DNA of 64,000 bases, from contig OZ234494.1 in assembly GCA_965153455.1 (NCBI GenBank), forward strand, positions 1,426,001-1,490,000. The letters run 5' to 3'. Positions 51,266 to 64,000 of this stretch are shown one piece after another (position 1 is the first letter of the stretch; each line of letters opens with the position of its first letter). This stretch comes from Sphagnum compactum (Eukaryota). The translations under genes and the position numbers were made by a program. Below the pieces are notes generated by a model, which saw nothing but the letters and a program-made list of their open reading frames with translations, did not search any database and had not been told where the DNA came from.

Positions 51266-53007
51266 CAACGCAATTGTGAAAATCTAACTCGCGCAAGAAA
51301 AAGAGACGAAAGTGGGCGAGGGGTAGGGGTTTCTAGGTTGATGCCGCATGGGAGATTGACGACTAATTTAAGGTTTAACAAACCTTTAGGGTTTGATAAC
51401 CAAAGATTGTTTTGCCTTGTTTTAGGGTTTTAATCTCAACCCTTGAATAAAGGTGTTTAGTTTTTTCAACGAACATGATTCCTTTGAGCATGAGATTGTT
51501 TGGTGATAGTGTAGATTTATGACATGTATCTCTGCAAAGGTGTTCGTTGATAGGATTTCCATTGCTTGAAGAGAGATAGAAAAAATGTTTGGTGACTTTT
51601 TTTTTTTGGACAATGAGACTAAGAACTTCCAGAGACCATATCTTTTTCATTTCTTGTCCAAATCCCTTGATTTAAAGTACACTCGGTGCGCCCAGAGCTC
51701 CTCTATAACTCATCTTTGGACCCAAGAGGCAACCGAGGTCTGCCCAGATCACAAAGTTCCTCTGTGTTTTTAAGTGTGCTATGACCGGCCAGTTTACCCT
51801 AGTTATTAAAAGGTTTCAGTCACCTTATAAAATTACTTTGAACATTCCCCCTGCTCTTTACAACACAACAGTTGAGTTATTGCCTAATCTTCTTGGCAAA
51901 AACTATGCACATCCAGATTCTTGAATAATAGAGTTATCCATAAAGTAACCCTGTCTTTGGTCCTCCTTTCCCACCCCTATCCCCTCTTTCAGTAGTATTT
52001 GCAAAGTAAGGAATTTTTATTAAATCTCAGTATGAAATGCACAAGGTTCGAGAATAATTATAGTAGTTGTACAAGTAGGAGCAGTGAAAATATATGTAGC
52101 ACCACTGAAGGTAGGCCTACTCAGGCAAAACGAAAGACAGGATGAAACTCAGTTTACCACAACAATTGATGGTTTTCTGAGTTTCACGTCCCATTAAATG
52201 CTAATGTACTTTTTTTTTGCAGGTTTTTTTTTGAACCTCACCCTGTGTGTGACCAAACTCAGGGTTCTGGTGCTGTGTTTTCAGTACTTTACGGATAACT
52301 CTAATAATGCTTTGACAAAACATGGGTGAATAATAATGTAGCTAAATTGTTGATTACCATATCATTTTTCAATTATCATAATTGCATGCATGTTGGATGA
52401 CTGCCACTAAATTTCAACTTAGTTTTGAATTAATTATATTTGCAAGTGACAAGCAAATTTTCCATAACTTCTACATCAATTTGCATCTTATTATTTCTCT
52501 TCAAATTAAATTTAAACTTAATTCCATTTAATTTCAATCAAATTGTAATTCAAATTGAATTGCAATGCAATGTCATTCAATATTTCCATTCAATTGGAAC
52601 TTATTAATTTCCACTTTCTTTTCATCATTTGATTGTCATTGATAGTGCACAACAACATGGAGCCCAAGTTGATAATTGACATAGGATGTGATGAACTTGT
52701 TTCTCTTTACATTTTTCTCTTCACTAGAAAAGAAGAATGTTGAGCTCAGCTTCAGCAGCCGGGGTGGAAAGAAAAAACAGGAAAAAGAAAAGCTAAACAA
52801 TTTATGAATGACAGAGGACAAATGAAAATAGAGAACTCGCATTTGTTCCCACTATTTCATCCATTTGGGGGCGGGGAGGAGGGGCGGGAGGGGGGAGATG
52901 GTTTTCCTTCATCCATTCCTTGGCCTTATCTCCTTCCCTCTCTCTGTCCTTCCTGCTTGTTTTGCTGCGTTTGCGTCTTGGTTGCGGAGAAGCGCTCCGC
53001 AGAAGCA

Positions 53008-56000
53008 ATGGCAGCGATGGTGGCGCTCTCGCCTGGTGTTCTCGCGCCTACTTCTCGTAATACACTTAATTTCGGTCCCACCTTTCGCTCCAAGTTGCTA
53101 TGCACCGGTCAAGCTCGCTCGCATCACCGGGTAATGTCTTTCTTTAGCTCCCTTTCTTTTCTTTCTTTTATCTCTCTCTCCCTTCCTCCTCTCCTCTTCT
53201 ACATATGCGTGCAATTTGTGCGGGCGTGTGTCTGTTTTTTTTTTTTTTCCTATTATCATTTTCTGTATTCCGAGAAAAGGGGGGGGGGGGGGGGGAAGTC
53301 CTCAGATTTTCCCTGAATCATGGCCATTTTGCAAGCAATTTTTACAATGGACCATGCAGACGAGGAAGTTTGTGCTTGGCTGTATCGTGCATACTTCGGT
53401 TGTTTGTGATCAGTTTTGAAGAACAGGGAATAAATTATTTTAAGCTTGTGATTATTGGGAACTGGATGTGCGTTTTTGCATTTCTCCTGTATTGAGGAAC
53501 GCTGAATGATTCTAGAGAAAAAGAGGACTTCTTGCTGTTAAATTCCGCCCAAGTTTTGATATATTACACGCCTTTGTATTTCCACATGTAAATCTTGTGT
53601 CTTTGAGGTTCCAGCATAGTTTGAATATGTGTTGATCACCAGTGCATTCGTCAGTGTGGAAATTGCTGCTTCTTGCAACATCCCTAAAGCAATGCCAAAT
53701 GTAACAAGGTTTGCCACAATTCTGCAAGATCAGAGTGCTCTTGATTACAGAGACTTCCTTATTCCTGAGTGGAGAGATATTCAATACCTCTTGATAGCTG
53801 GTCTATACCATACATGTTGCTATTGAAGGTCACAGAGCATAGGTGTGACTATTGCTGTTGTTCAAACCACTCCTCGGTCTTTTCTTTGTCTTCTAGGGTT
53901 GTCTCTGTCTGTTTCTTTTTTTCTTCTTTTTACGGACATGATCTGAAATCTCTATAACCTTATTATTGGGTCATCTCTTAATTCTATTCAGGTTGAATTA
54001 GATTGTAAGTATGGAGAAGATATAGTGACCACAGAGACATTTGGCTTCAGTGGTTGTATTCCACAATGTGACTGTCATAATGCAAGGTATTCTTAAGTAA
54101 ATTACAGATTTCCTCAACTTACATACCAAGTCTGGGAAGCTTTTTGTTGCAAGGATAGCTTGTAAAGTGCATATAATGTGACTGATTTTATTGTAGGTGT
54201 TGATCAATACGTGTTGAAAGCTATTCAAGGGGTACACAAGTCATGAGCTGATGTGGTTCATTTTTTCTGAAAGACTGTTTGGTTGTACAAGTATCAACAA
54301 TGATGTTTGGTGAAATATGCAGCGAAGAAGGTTAAGAGTCACAGCAGTAGAAGCTGAGCCATCATCAGTGCCTCCTCCAACTCCTGATGCAAACATCACA
54401 CCAGCTCCTAAGAAGCCTACCTGTATGTTCCTACTCTGCTCTCTTTTATGAATGCACAAGTTCCCTTTTGAGTGTCTTGGATTTCCCTTTAATATAATCT
54501 TGTGATTGCAAGATAGTCAAGTGTGGCCTAGTTTCTATGGTTAAGTTTCGTGTTCTAGAGAGATTCTTGCTTGCACAGCATTAAATTGGCAGTGACAGTC
54601 TGCTAGTTAAGCCAAAGTCAACTTTGGAGGTTGTGGAACCTGGGAACTTTGTGTAGTTTTTTGTCTTTTCCTAGACATGAAATTGGTGTACACATAGGGG
54701 TTTGAAATTCTCATTTGCTCTCATATGGTATTGTATGTTTGGTGGCAGTGACCAAAGGACAAATTGTAAGGGTTGATAAAGAAAAGTATCTTAACAGCAT
54801 AGAGGTACATGCAATATTCTCTACTCTCTCTTGAGCACACTGTGTGCTCTGAGCATAACCACATTGTTGCTTGTTTCAGTTTTGTTGACAACTGATTAGA
54901 TTGGGATTTTTTTGCTGTAAATATGCTTGCAGTATTTATCAGTTGGACATCCAACATATTTCAAAGGGCTGGACTACATTTATGAAGACCGGGGTGAGGT
55001 AAGCATGTTGTTTTCTGCTGAGATTCCAAATATACATAGGGTGGATGTGTTGAACATGCCTAACAAAGTCATGTTGCTGCAGTAACTGCAAATAAGATTG
55101 CATTAGTCTGTGTTGGATTTTCCACTTTGCCCATGTGTGTTCAGGGTGCTCACAAGACTATTTGAGGTTTTTCCTGGGGTTCAGGTTCTGGATATTAGAT
55201 TTTTTGACCATGGCGAGTATGCTTTGGTAAGGATTCAGATCCTCACATTTCTGACTTAAAGGGCTATTATTCTAGTATGGACACTGCATCCATCAGGCAC
55301 ATGAAAGGAAATGATGCAGGGAGATTGGGGGCCCTCTTGAAGGGTGTTCTGTGATTTAAGGACAGCCCAAGTGTTATGCAATGCCTGCCAAGCCAGGCTC
55401 CCTGTTGTGTAGAATCAGAGTAAACCATGCTGCTTCAAAGCCTTACAGTTCCAACCTTTCGTAACATATCTAAATGGATATGTGTGTTTGCACTTTACTT
55501 CATGACTACACAAGAATGTACAGAGAGAAAATGTACTGTTAGAACTTCTTCAGTGTATGGTACAAATCTGTGCTCTGATTGATTCGTTTGCCTTCCCAAC
55601 AAGCAGTATTTATGGCCTGTAATGAAGATGGTGATTCTAAAGAGTTGGCTGTTGTATTTTGGACATGTTTCACAGCTTGCATGGGCAGGTATACCTACAG
55701 CACCTGCCTGGCTTCCAACATATATGCTAATTAAGGTAGGAAATCCCTTGCCTTGTTATAAGTTATGGCACTTCAGTTTTCCTATTGTTACATGTGTCTA
55801 GGTGCACACTAAATGTTAAAGAAGAACAACATGAACTTTGCTGACTGACCAAGCATGGCTGAGTGTCTCTTCACATTTTAGGCTAATGTGTACATTTTCT
55901 GACTCTTACAACAGAAGAGTGTGGCTGCCCAATCTTTGCCCTAGGACTCAGAAACCCCTAGTCCCCACTTTAATTTACCCAGTAATCCCATCATGGCATG

Positions 56001-56274
56001 AGTAGACATCACTGTAATGTCTGCATGATCTAGTAGTGAATTGAACCATGAGCACTTGCAATCACAAGTCCTACTGATTTCCTTTTCATTTTGTTGTGTT
56101 TGTCCATTGATATGTTTTTTCTTTGGGTCACTAGATATTTCTGTTAGTGAGAGGGATTTCAATCTCCAGTCTCTGCTTGTTTTTTGTGTGGTCATGGTAT
56201 ATGGGTTTGAGTTGAACTTTGTAATATGGTGGAATTCTGTGCAGTCGGAGAAACTTTCATATCGGCGAATGTAA
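53008..56274 (+). CDS. ndhO: Plastid NAD(P)H dehydrogenase-like complex subunit O, 7 exons, 158 aa, with transit peptide
   Basis: Exons 53008-53130, 54323-54422, 54749-54804, 54933-54998, 55185-55226, 55676-55735, 56245-56274 (477 nt). Translation includes KGQIVRVDKEKYLNSIEYLSVGHPTYFKGLDYIYEDRGEVLDIRFFDHGEYALLAWAGIPTAPAWLPTYMLIKSEKLSYRRM. Confidence 0.93.
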
Positions 56275-58672
56275 TATGTCCTCAAGTTATGGTTTTCTGT
56301 TCTGAGCCCTTGCTTCTTGCAATCCAGTCGGGCTCCTTGTGTACATTAAATCGACAATTACATCTTGCTGTAACTCTATTGCTTAATTGTTGTTTAGCAC
56401 AAGTTTGAACATGGCTCAAGTACTGGAAATTGTAGGAATTCAACAAAATGAGTGTTTCTGTTGGATGTAGACCTTGTAAAGGATGCTTCCCTGCTGGTTG
56501 AATAGCTGTTCTTAGGATCAAATGCTTGCTTGAGGTTAATGAACTCTCTAGAGAATGGAGTTTGTGTAGATCGCATAGGAGAGGTTAAGTTATTGTCTTC
56601 AGGCCAAGAAGGAAAAGCAAGATGGAGCAATGACTTCGAACAATAGATTGGTGAAGTTGATAGTCACTTTTTGTTAGTCTTGATGCATCTATTTGGACAA
56701 AAGAGCAGCTTCATGAGGTCCCAGCTTCTTTTGAATTCAGAGACTATTGAGATGCAAGCATGGCCTTAATTTGATCTCACATGTTTGTGTTTACAGACTC
56801 CAAACACAGAAAAGTCATGATTCTGGTACTGTCAACTTGAACTCAAAACTCTATTCCATGTGGGTGTCCATATGACAAATGTTTGTTTTTCTTCAGTAAT
56901 ACTATCAGCATGAACTCCTGCAATACTCACCAGTGGAAAGATTTAGGCTTCAAAGTCAACTTTCTTTCAAACTTTACCCAAAAACACTTTCACTATAATC
57001 TCATGATGATGAATTGCACAAAAATTCAAAATTTTTACCCATGCACATTGCTTTTAAGAAATCAATTTGAACAACATTTTGAGGTGAGTCCTCATACACA
57101 AGTTTGTTTTTACCCCTATTCACTCTCAGGAGCATATGGACCTCATCAACCAGGTTGAAGAATGGTGAGTTAGTTTAAGACTAGTTGAGCTTATCAGAAG
57201 AGGTGACAGAATAGATACTACTGGAATTGTAATCCCACAACGTCATGCATATTTATCAGGCAGGAGCATGTTGGGGCTACTACCAGTTTTTACTTGAGAA
57301 AGAAGGGTACCTTTTGACTCAAACAGGACACAGATCTCTGCGATTTTACATTAGACATGTCACGGAAGTGATTCCAATCTACACAGGTGATTACAGCTTG
57401 CTGCCTAGAGAGTTGGCTTTTGAGAGTATCTTTGTCTAATTCCCAAAACCATATCGCTCTGGACATTATTCTAAGCTGACAAAAGCCAGTGGTTGGCAAA
57501 TGCAAACAACAATGCCAAGACTTGCAAAGGGTGCTAGTAGCTTTGCAGGTTGAGTGTGACGACTCAGCTACCTAGATCAAACCTCTTGACAGAGAAACCA
57601 TTCCTCACCACTCTCATTTTGCACATGAGCAGTTTCCTTGAGGTTGGGGAGCTATTTCGTGATGTTAGGAAAAACATGCACATCATTTTTGAAATTCAAA
57701 ATTTCAAAACTCAAAACATGTAAAGATGACCAAATCAAAGAAGACAAAACATATGAAGATAATTAGTATAGCCTTATTGGCTTCATATTTGCCTTCCAAT
57801 GAGATTTTAGAGAGTTTCAGATTTATTTTCCCGAAAATTCCCACAGTGTGAAAGTCTTGCAAGAATTAGATGAATACAAAATAAAAATATTCTCCTCAAA
57901 TTCACTATGCATTGCAAAACTGATTCATTCATATTATTACCTTGCAGAACTTATTGTTTAGAATGTCATTGAAGAAATCCATTGTTGCCCTTTTGATCTT
58001 GATGGGTAGAAGCAAGAGAAGTAATGCAATGTCAAGTTTCGACTCCTTTGACATGAATGACTTTCAACACCACTTTCAACACATGCTTTCTCCTGTTCTT
58101 GCCTCCCTTTCCCATATTTTTTTGGTTAAGGTAATTGTTTTCTATGAACCAATTTAGGCATCTTTCACACTTAGTTGCTTTAGACCCATAATTTTTTTGT
58201 CATCATTCATAACATATTAACATGTTTTAGACAACACATGACCAAAGAAAGTTCCTACATAAACCTGCAAAAGGTTTAATGACTCACAATGAATAATGGA
58301 GCAAAATGTTGTAGCCATCAATACCAAGTTGTTGCCCCCATCATTTACAAAAACAATTACTTGATGAATCAAACCAAATATTTCAAACAATGACTGCAAT
58401 TATCATGTTATGCAAAGGCCAATAATTTCATTTACTTCAAAGAACTCAATCACAATATGCATAGGCTCCCAAGTTTTAATAAAATAATTGATAACCAAAG
58501 CAAATGTGTTGACACCACCTTTGGACATCCATAAATCAAAAGAAGTAGAAACAATTGCTGCACTTACAAGTTTTGGCAAGCATGCATATCCATACACATG
58601 GTGATCATTGAAACACTTTTTCCAAAAGTTGTGAATGAGATGGGAAAAAACATGAAGGCATAAGTGTAAAGC

Positions 58673-60099
58673 CATTATGACAAAAGGTGATATCTATGAC
58701 TCTCTCCATGGCTAAAAACCTTAATCGTATATGCCTCAATGACTAAACAATTATGTAGTTGATTCAAATTCATTGTTTATGCCATTTAATCAACACCATG
58801 ACTATAATTGTTTATGTAAGATGGTGTTGTTTATGTCATTCTAGACCATTTTCACAACTACAATCATGGATGATCACAATTTCAAAAGATTATGTGATCA
58901 TGGTCATCAAATTTTATAATATTAAATCAAATAATAACATGCAAAAAAATCCAATGACTAAACCTTAATTTTTAAAATATAAGTTACAAATTTTTTAATT
59001 GAATTTTTTTGGTCATGTGGTAGCCTAGTTTAAACTTTAAAAAAATTGTCCATTTATGAATTGCCACGTGGCAACCTATTCCAAATTAAATAATTTATTG
59101 ACCATTTATAGGTTGCCATGTGGCAACTAGAGTTAGGAAGTGAAATTTTTTGGCCCAATTGTGTGATGCCACATGGTAATAAAGGCCTAGAAACCCTAAG
59201 CTAAGTGAGTTTGACCCAAGAGCTTAACCTAAGCCATCTACACTGAAATAAACCTAAAATAAGGTGTTAGGTAAACTATTTAAACAAGGAAGTTAGGTTA
59301 CAAGTGCGAGGACTTGAACCTTTCACCTCCATTTTGAAAGGTTAAGTCATTAACCATTGCACAACAACTTTTTATTTGTAGCATAATTGGTCACCATAAA
59401 GCTATAAACATTAGCATATTTTAATATAGGCTAATCTAGGTCACCTTAGGTTGACATTGGCTAATCAACATCACCCACCAAATCTAGCCTAGGTAACCTA
59501 GACTAAACTTAGGGTAAACCTAGGGTAAACTTAAACTAAATGTAAAGGTTAAACTTAAGTTAAATTTTTAAAACTAAACCTAGGTGAAACCTAAACTAAA
59601 CCTAAGTTAAACCTCAAAGCCAAACCTAGGCAAAACCTAGTGCAAATGTATTTTAATATTAGTTCCAAGGAGATGAAAAATTTAATGGCCTAATGTTGGA
59701 TTACGTCTATTTGTGATTTGTGTGCAAAATCACAATATTTAAAATTATTGACAATTCATTGATGATCATGATTAATTGTTTTTTGGGGTTATTTTTAGAA
59801 ATTTTTAAATTATATAAAATTTATTTTTCTTTTTATAATTATGAACATATTATTTCTAAGTGCATGCACTTAATCGACACATTTTTATATTATAATTTTT
59901 TTTCAACTTTTGGACATTTTATTATTTGATTGAACATGGTTTTGAAATCAAACCAGATGTGTTAAGTATGTAGTTGTGAGCCTCATCACATGACTTAGTC
60001 ATGCAATCATAAACATGATTAAGGACATGACAACATAATTAAAGCCTAGTCATAGACGCAAAAATGTTCAAGTCATAGATGTCACCTTTTGGTATAGTG
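58673..60099. mobile_element. Non-autonomous CACTA element, 1427 bp
   Basis: Left CATTATGACAAAAGGTGATATCTATGACT vs reverse-complemented right CACTATACCAAAAGGTGACATCTATGACT (25/29). TSD AGC/AAC. Removing it rejoins the hAT reading frame. Confidence 0.8.
59299..59368 (-). other. Second tRNA-like A/B-box fragment, inside the CACTA element
   Basis: Minus strand reads GTTGTGCAATGGTTAATGAC...GGAGGTGAAAGGTTCAAGTCCTCGCAC; homologous to 15269-15339. Confidence 0.5.
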
Positions 60100-63000
60100 A
60101 ACTAACCTTTGTAATCAAATGTTTTCACAAGTGGAAAGCACCTTATTTAACCTTTGTAAATATACAATACCAAATCTTCAAAAAACTTTTGTTGGGTTCA
60201 TTATGTTGTTTATAAGAATTTGAAACCCCAAGAAAAATGTGATTGCATTACTAGTAACTCCAATGTTTTTTTTTGTTATTTGTCAAATATGTTTTACTTG
60301 AACCACCTTTAAAGCAAAAGCTACAACTTTTTAGTAGTGACCAATTTGGGGTGTGTAAACTCAATGTGTGTTTTTAGAGGAGTGATCCCATTACATTTGT
60401 TGTACTTTATAAATCCCTACTTAATAATAAAACAACTTTTGTTCAAAACATTACAAATTGTTTGTTTGGGTTTATAGATAATGCATCTCAGCATAACGAG
60501 TTCACAATGTCAACATGGAGGTTATCATTAACAAAAAAAACCCTAGCAAATGGAGGAACAATGGTGAGGCTTTCATAATGTAGTTTGAATTTTTATAATT
60601 ACAAGTTACACAACTTCTACTACACCCACATTTGTAGGTTCAACAAACAAACATGTTTTTGACATTGGACACACTACCATTAATATTTGAAGTTGTCAAA
60701 TCAAAGAAGTTGGAGTTGATTCCACTCACATTTTTGACAACACTGTGCAAGATGGAGTTTCTTCTAGCCATTACATAACACAATTCCAACACCTTCCCTA
60801 CATCAAGAAACCTAAACCCCATCTTTTATCACACACAAGGAACAAAAACAATTTTCTTGAAAAGGAATGCAAAGGGTTAGAAGTTAGAAGGATGTTCACT
60901 TACTGTATTACATGTATTGAATAATTGATAGCTTCAAAAACAAGTTTAGACTTTAGATTTAGTAAGAGTTTAATGTGCAACACAAAAACACAAAAGCTTT
61001 CAATTGAGTAAGAGGACAATACATAACACAAAAATGAAAAAAATTCTAATTCGACAATAGGTCAATGCATAACACAAATTTTTAAAAAATATGATTCAAT
61101 AAGAGTGTAATGCACAATACAAAAGCAAAAAAAACCTGATTTTGATTCAATAAGAGTACAACCCACAAAAAAGATTCAATGTTTGCTTTTGATTTTGATT
61201 TGACAAGAACAAAATTCACAACAAGTCATTTTGAACTTTTGATTCCAATTCAACAAAAGTGCAATGCATAACAAACTATTTAGATGTTTTGATTTAGATT
61301 TGGCAAGAGCACGATGCACAACAAAATAACTCAAAACACAAAAAATAAGCCTTGGAGCTATTCATCAATAATAAAAAAACAAAACTAGATCCTTTACATT
61401 CATTAAGAGTTTACACAACACATCAAAATGAAAATGAACAAGTGGAACTCATACTTTAGCAAGGATAGGCACAAAAAGTTGAAAGTGTAACATCCCATAC
61501 AATTTGCCACACTTAGCTTATCAAATTTCATCATTACACAATGAGTGACAATGATCACAAAGCAAAAACAATTTGCACCTACCCTACATTTTTGCCATTA
61601 CTTTGTGTACTTGGGCCATCAAAACACCAAAAGCTTGAAAAATCTCAAGGTGCGTATGCATATCTTCAACCCTAAAAAGTTATAACCTTAACTTCTTGAT
61701 ATGCATAATGTCCAATTATGTCAAAATTTGTTCACAATCAACATTCTCAAAAAGGAGCTTCTTCGAATGGAGTTTTGAAAAAATGTGTTTGGTTGACTTT
61801 GAATGAGGGTGATCATGCTGCTAATGTTGGAGTTTGTGCATGCATCATGAGAATTTTTTTGACAACCCACTACTAAGTTTAAATATTTATTTTCATTGTA
61901 CTAAGTGGAAGCCCTAACATGTCCTTTGGTATTAAGCCTAACTTGGGGGTTATTGTCAATAACTTGTCGATTGCGTCTACTATTTTGTCCCCCAAAAAAC
62001 AAAAAAAACCCCCAACACCCAAATTCTTAATAGGAGATTAAAGGATTCACCAACATGTTTTAAAATCCAATTTAGGCTCACCCGCTAATTTTTTTGGTTG
62101 AAGTTTTTCTATAATTTTTTTGGAGGAAAAACTTAAGGAAGTCTTGTTTTAAAATATAAAACATGCATTTAACAAAAAGTAGCCACTTTTTCAAAATCAA
62201 GAAATAAAAAAAAGTACATTAGTTTCACCAAGGATTTTTTTCAAATCCATGGTTAATTTGAACTAAATCAAATAGTAGAAGGTAAATCACAATTTGCCCA
62301 AATGGTTGTCAATAAATTTTCACACACCACGGGGTGAAATCACACTATAAGGGGGCTGCTTTAGGCCAAAAAAAAAAAAAAAACTCTTTTTGAGTATATT
62401 TTGGGGGCAATTTTTCTTTGATTTCATCTAGCGTTTTGATAAACATATAAAATGGATTTTAATAAAAAGGCCTCCAACATAATTCTTGTCATCTTTCAAA
62501 TGAAAGTAATTATTCAACAAAATGTTTTTTTTCAACACATTTATGTTCGTTTGAATGAAAAACTTGTCTAGATGTTTTTTGTGAAATCACATGAGTTAAA
62601 ATTTTCAATTGTAATTGAAATGGTACAATCAATTCATATTCAATATATGACTAAGTAATTCTTTAAAATTTGCAATTATTTGAATCATTTTTAGAGAATA
62701 TTTGAACTTTGCAGTATATCATGACAACATTTAAATTCTCACAAATAATTTTTTTAATCATTTACTATTAATCAAAAAATATAGGTTCCTTTGAAATTTT
62801 CATTATTTTGCTATTGAACTACATTATTTTAAATATAATTTAGGAAAATCTCTTTTAATATTGGCTTGGTGGAAGTTGAAAGTTGCAAAGTTGTGAAAAA
62901 TAATATTTGTGACTACATTTTCTGGTCATTGTATTGTGCCTTCACCCTATGGATAACTCTTGTTTAAAATGATCAATGATTGTATTAATAATCAACAATA

Positions 63001-64000
63001 ACGTTAACATGAAAACAAATCATATACCTTGTTAATGAAACATAAGACATGTGCACATATGCGCTATGTATTTTGTTAATATCATTTATCAATGTGTTGG
63101 CTAAGTAAACCCATGTCAATTATTGTGGTGTATGGTTCTTCTTTTTTTTTGAAAGGTGTGGCCAAAGTAAGAAATAAGAAACTATTGAGCTTTCTTAAAT
63201 ATAATAAGCTTTAGTTTCATCCACCTTTTTAATTTAAAAAATGTATATGTTTTAAAAAAAATCCCTTGGTCACAATAAATTCTAATAAATTTTTGTCTTG
63301 AAGAATTCCATGTACATAATCAACTAAATAAATAATTTCAAATTTTAATGGTTAATTTTATGTAATGCTTTGAAAAAATGCTTGTTGAAAATTTCAAGTG
63401 TTGAATGGTAACCCAAGTATGAATATTTGTAATGTCATACAAAGTTAGAATTATTTCATGCATGCATTTCCACTTGTGGTGATTGTTGTGGATATAATAT
63501 TATACCATCCATGCTTGGTTCTAAGATTGCTCTTAGTAGGCGCTAGCTATTGCAAACCTCTTATGAGGGGTGCAAGGCTCACATTTGGGGGGAGCATGGC
63601 TTACATCTAGAATGCATGAATGAATTGAATGGGGTTATTGGAAAAATAATGGTTGACATAATATAACACATGTCAAGATGTTGCACCTACACGGCACCAC
63701 CATGGAACCCATGTGTCACCCACTTGGCACCTAAAATGACACCTACATTGGGGAAATGTTGGGGCGAGGGGGCGGTGATGTTTGAGATTGTTTGGGATTT
63801 TGGTGTTTTCAACATGTTCCAATAAAAACTCATGGGAACATGGAGTCTATCTATGGGACCCCCAAAATAGAAGGTTATGGAACATTTCCTTTGGTCTAAT
63901 TATAAATTTACAAGGGCACAATTTTGGGCAAAATATATCGGATAAATGTGGTGATATTGGGCACAATTTGGAGAATGGACACATGGGAACTTGGAGAGTA

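Larger units (their letters stand above)
45179..51799. mobile_element. ~6.6 kb decayed pogo/Tc1-mariner-like element delimited by TIRs and TA flanks
   Basis: TA|AGGTAAACTGGCCCATCA ... TGACCGGCCAGTTTACCC|TA (15/18 TIR match). Contains a DDE_1-type transposase relic. Confidence 0.6.
58050..60600 (-). pseudogene. hAT-superfamily transposase relic interrupted by a CACTA insertion
   Basis: Fragments on the minus strand: BED-like LRCII...GFIKYNKCNGITPL (~60370-60500); QQKFFEDLVLYI and LSTCENI*LQRLV (~60100-60200) continuing as LHLCLHV (below 58672); STSFDLWMSKGGVNTFALVINY; VFVNDGGNNL; FGHVLSKTC. Limits approximate. Confidence 0.75.

Noticed and set aside
52804-53316. 170-aa ORF as the full ndhO N-terminus
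   Set aside because: It runs through the 5' region and into intron 1. ATG 53008 gives a typical transit peptide and the expected protein length.

Overview
Eukaryotic nuclear DNA from a land plant; spliceosomal introns, gene content and repeat style suggest a bryophyte, possibly Sphagnum-like (inference). Hand-spliced genes: the 3' end of a cyclic nucleotide-gated channel (+), a 12-exon cytosolic HSP90 (-) with upstream heat-shock elements, an unrecognised 6-exon coiled-coil gene (+), 20S proteasome alpha-6/PAA (+) and plastid NDH subunit NdhO (+). There is also a decayed PLS-E-DYW PPR gene whose N-terminus is an OSB-type PDF ssDNA-binding motif. The AT-rich intergenic DNA holds three CACTA elements (two exact TSDs, one 2/3), a non-autonomous Helitron, a TA-flanked pogo-like element with a related MITE, a hAT transposase relic split by one CACTA, tRNA-like fragments and tandem arrays (130, ~138 and 60 bp units). 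Most notable: the PDF-PPR-DYW architecture and two introns bounded by 10-nt direct repeats. All calls were made by eye; no searches were run.
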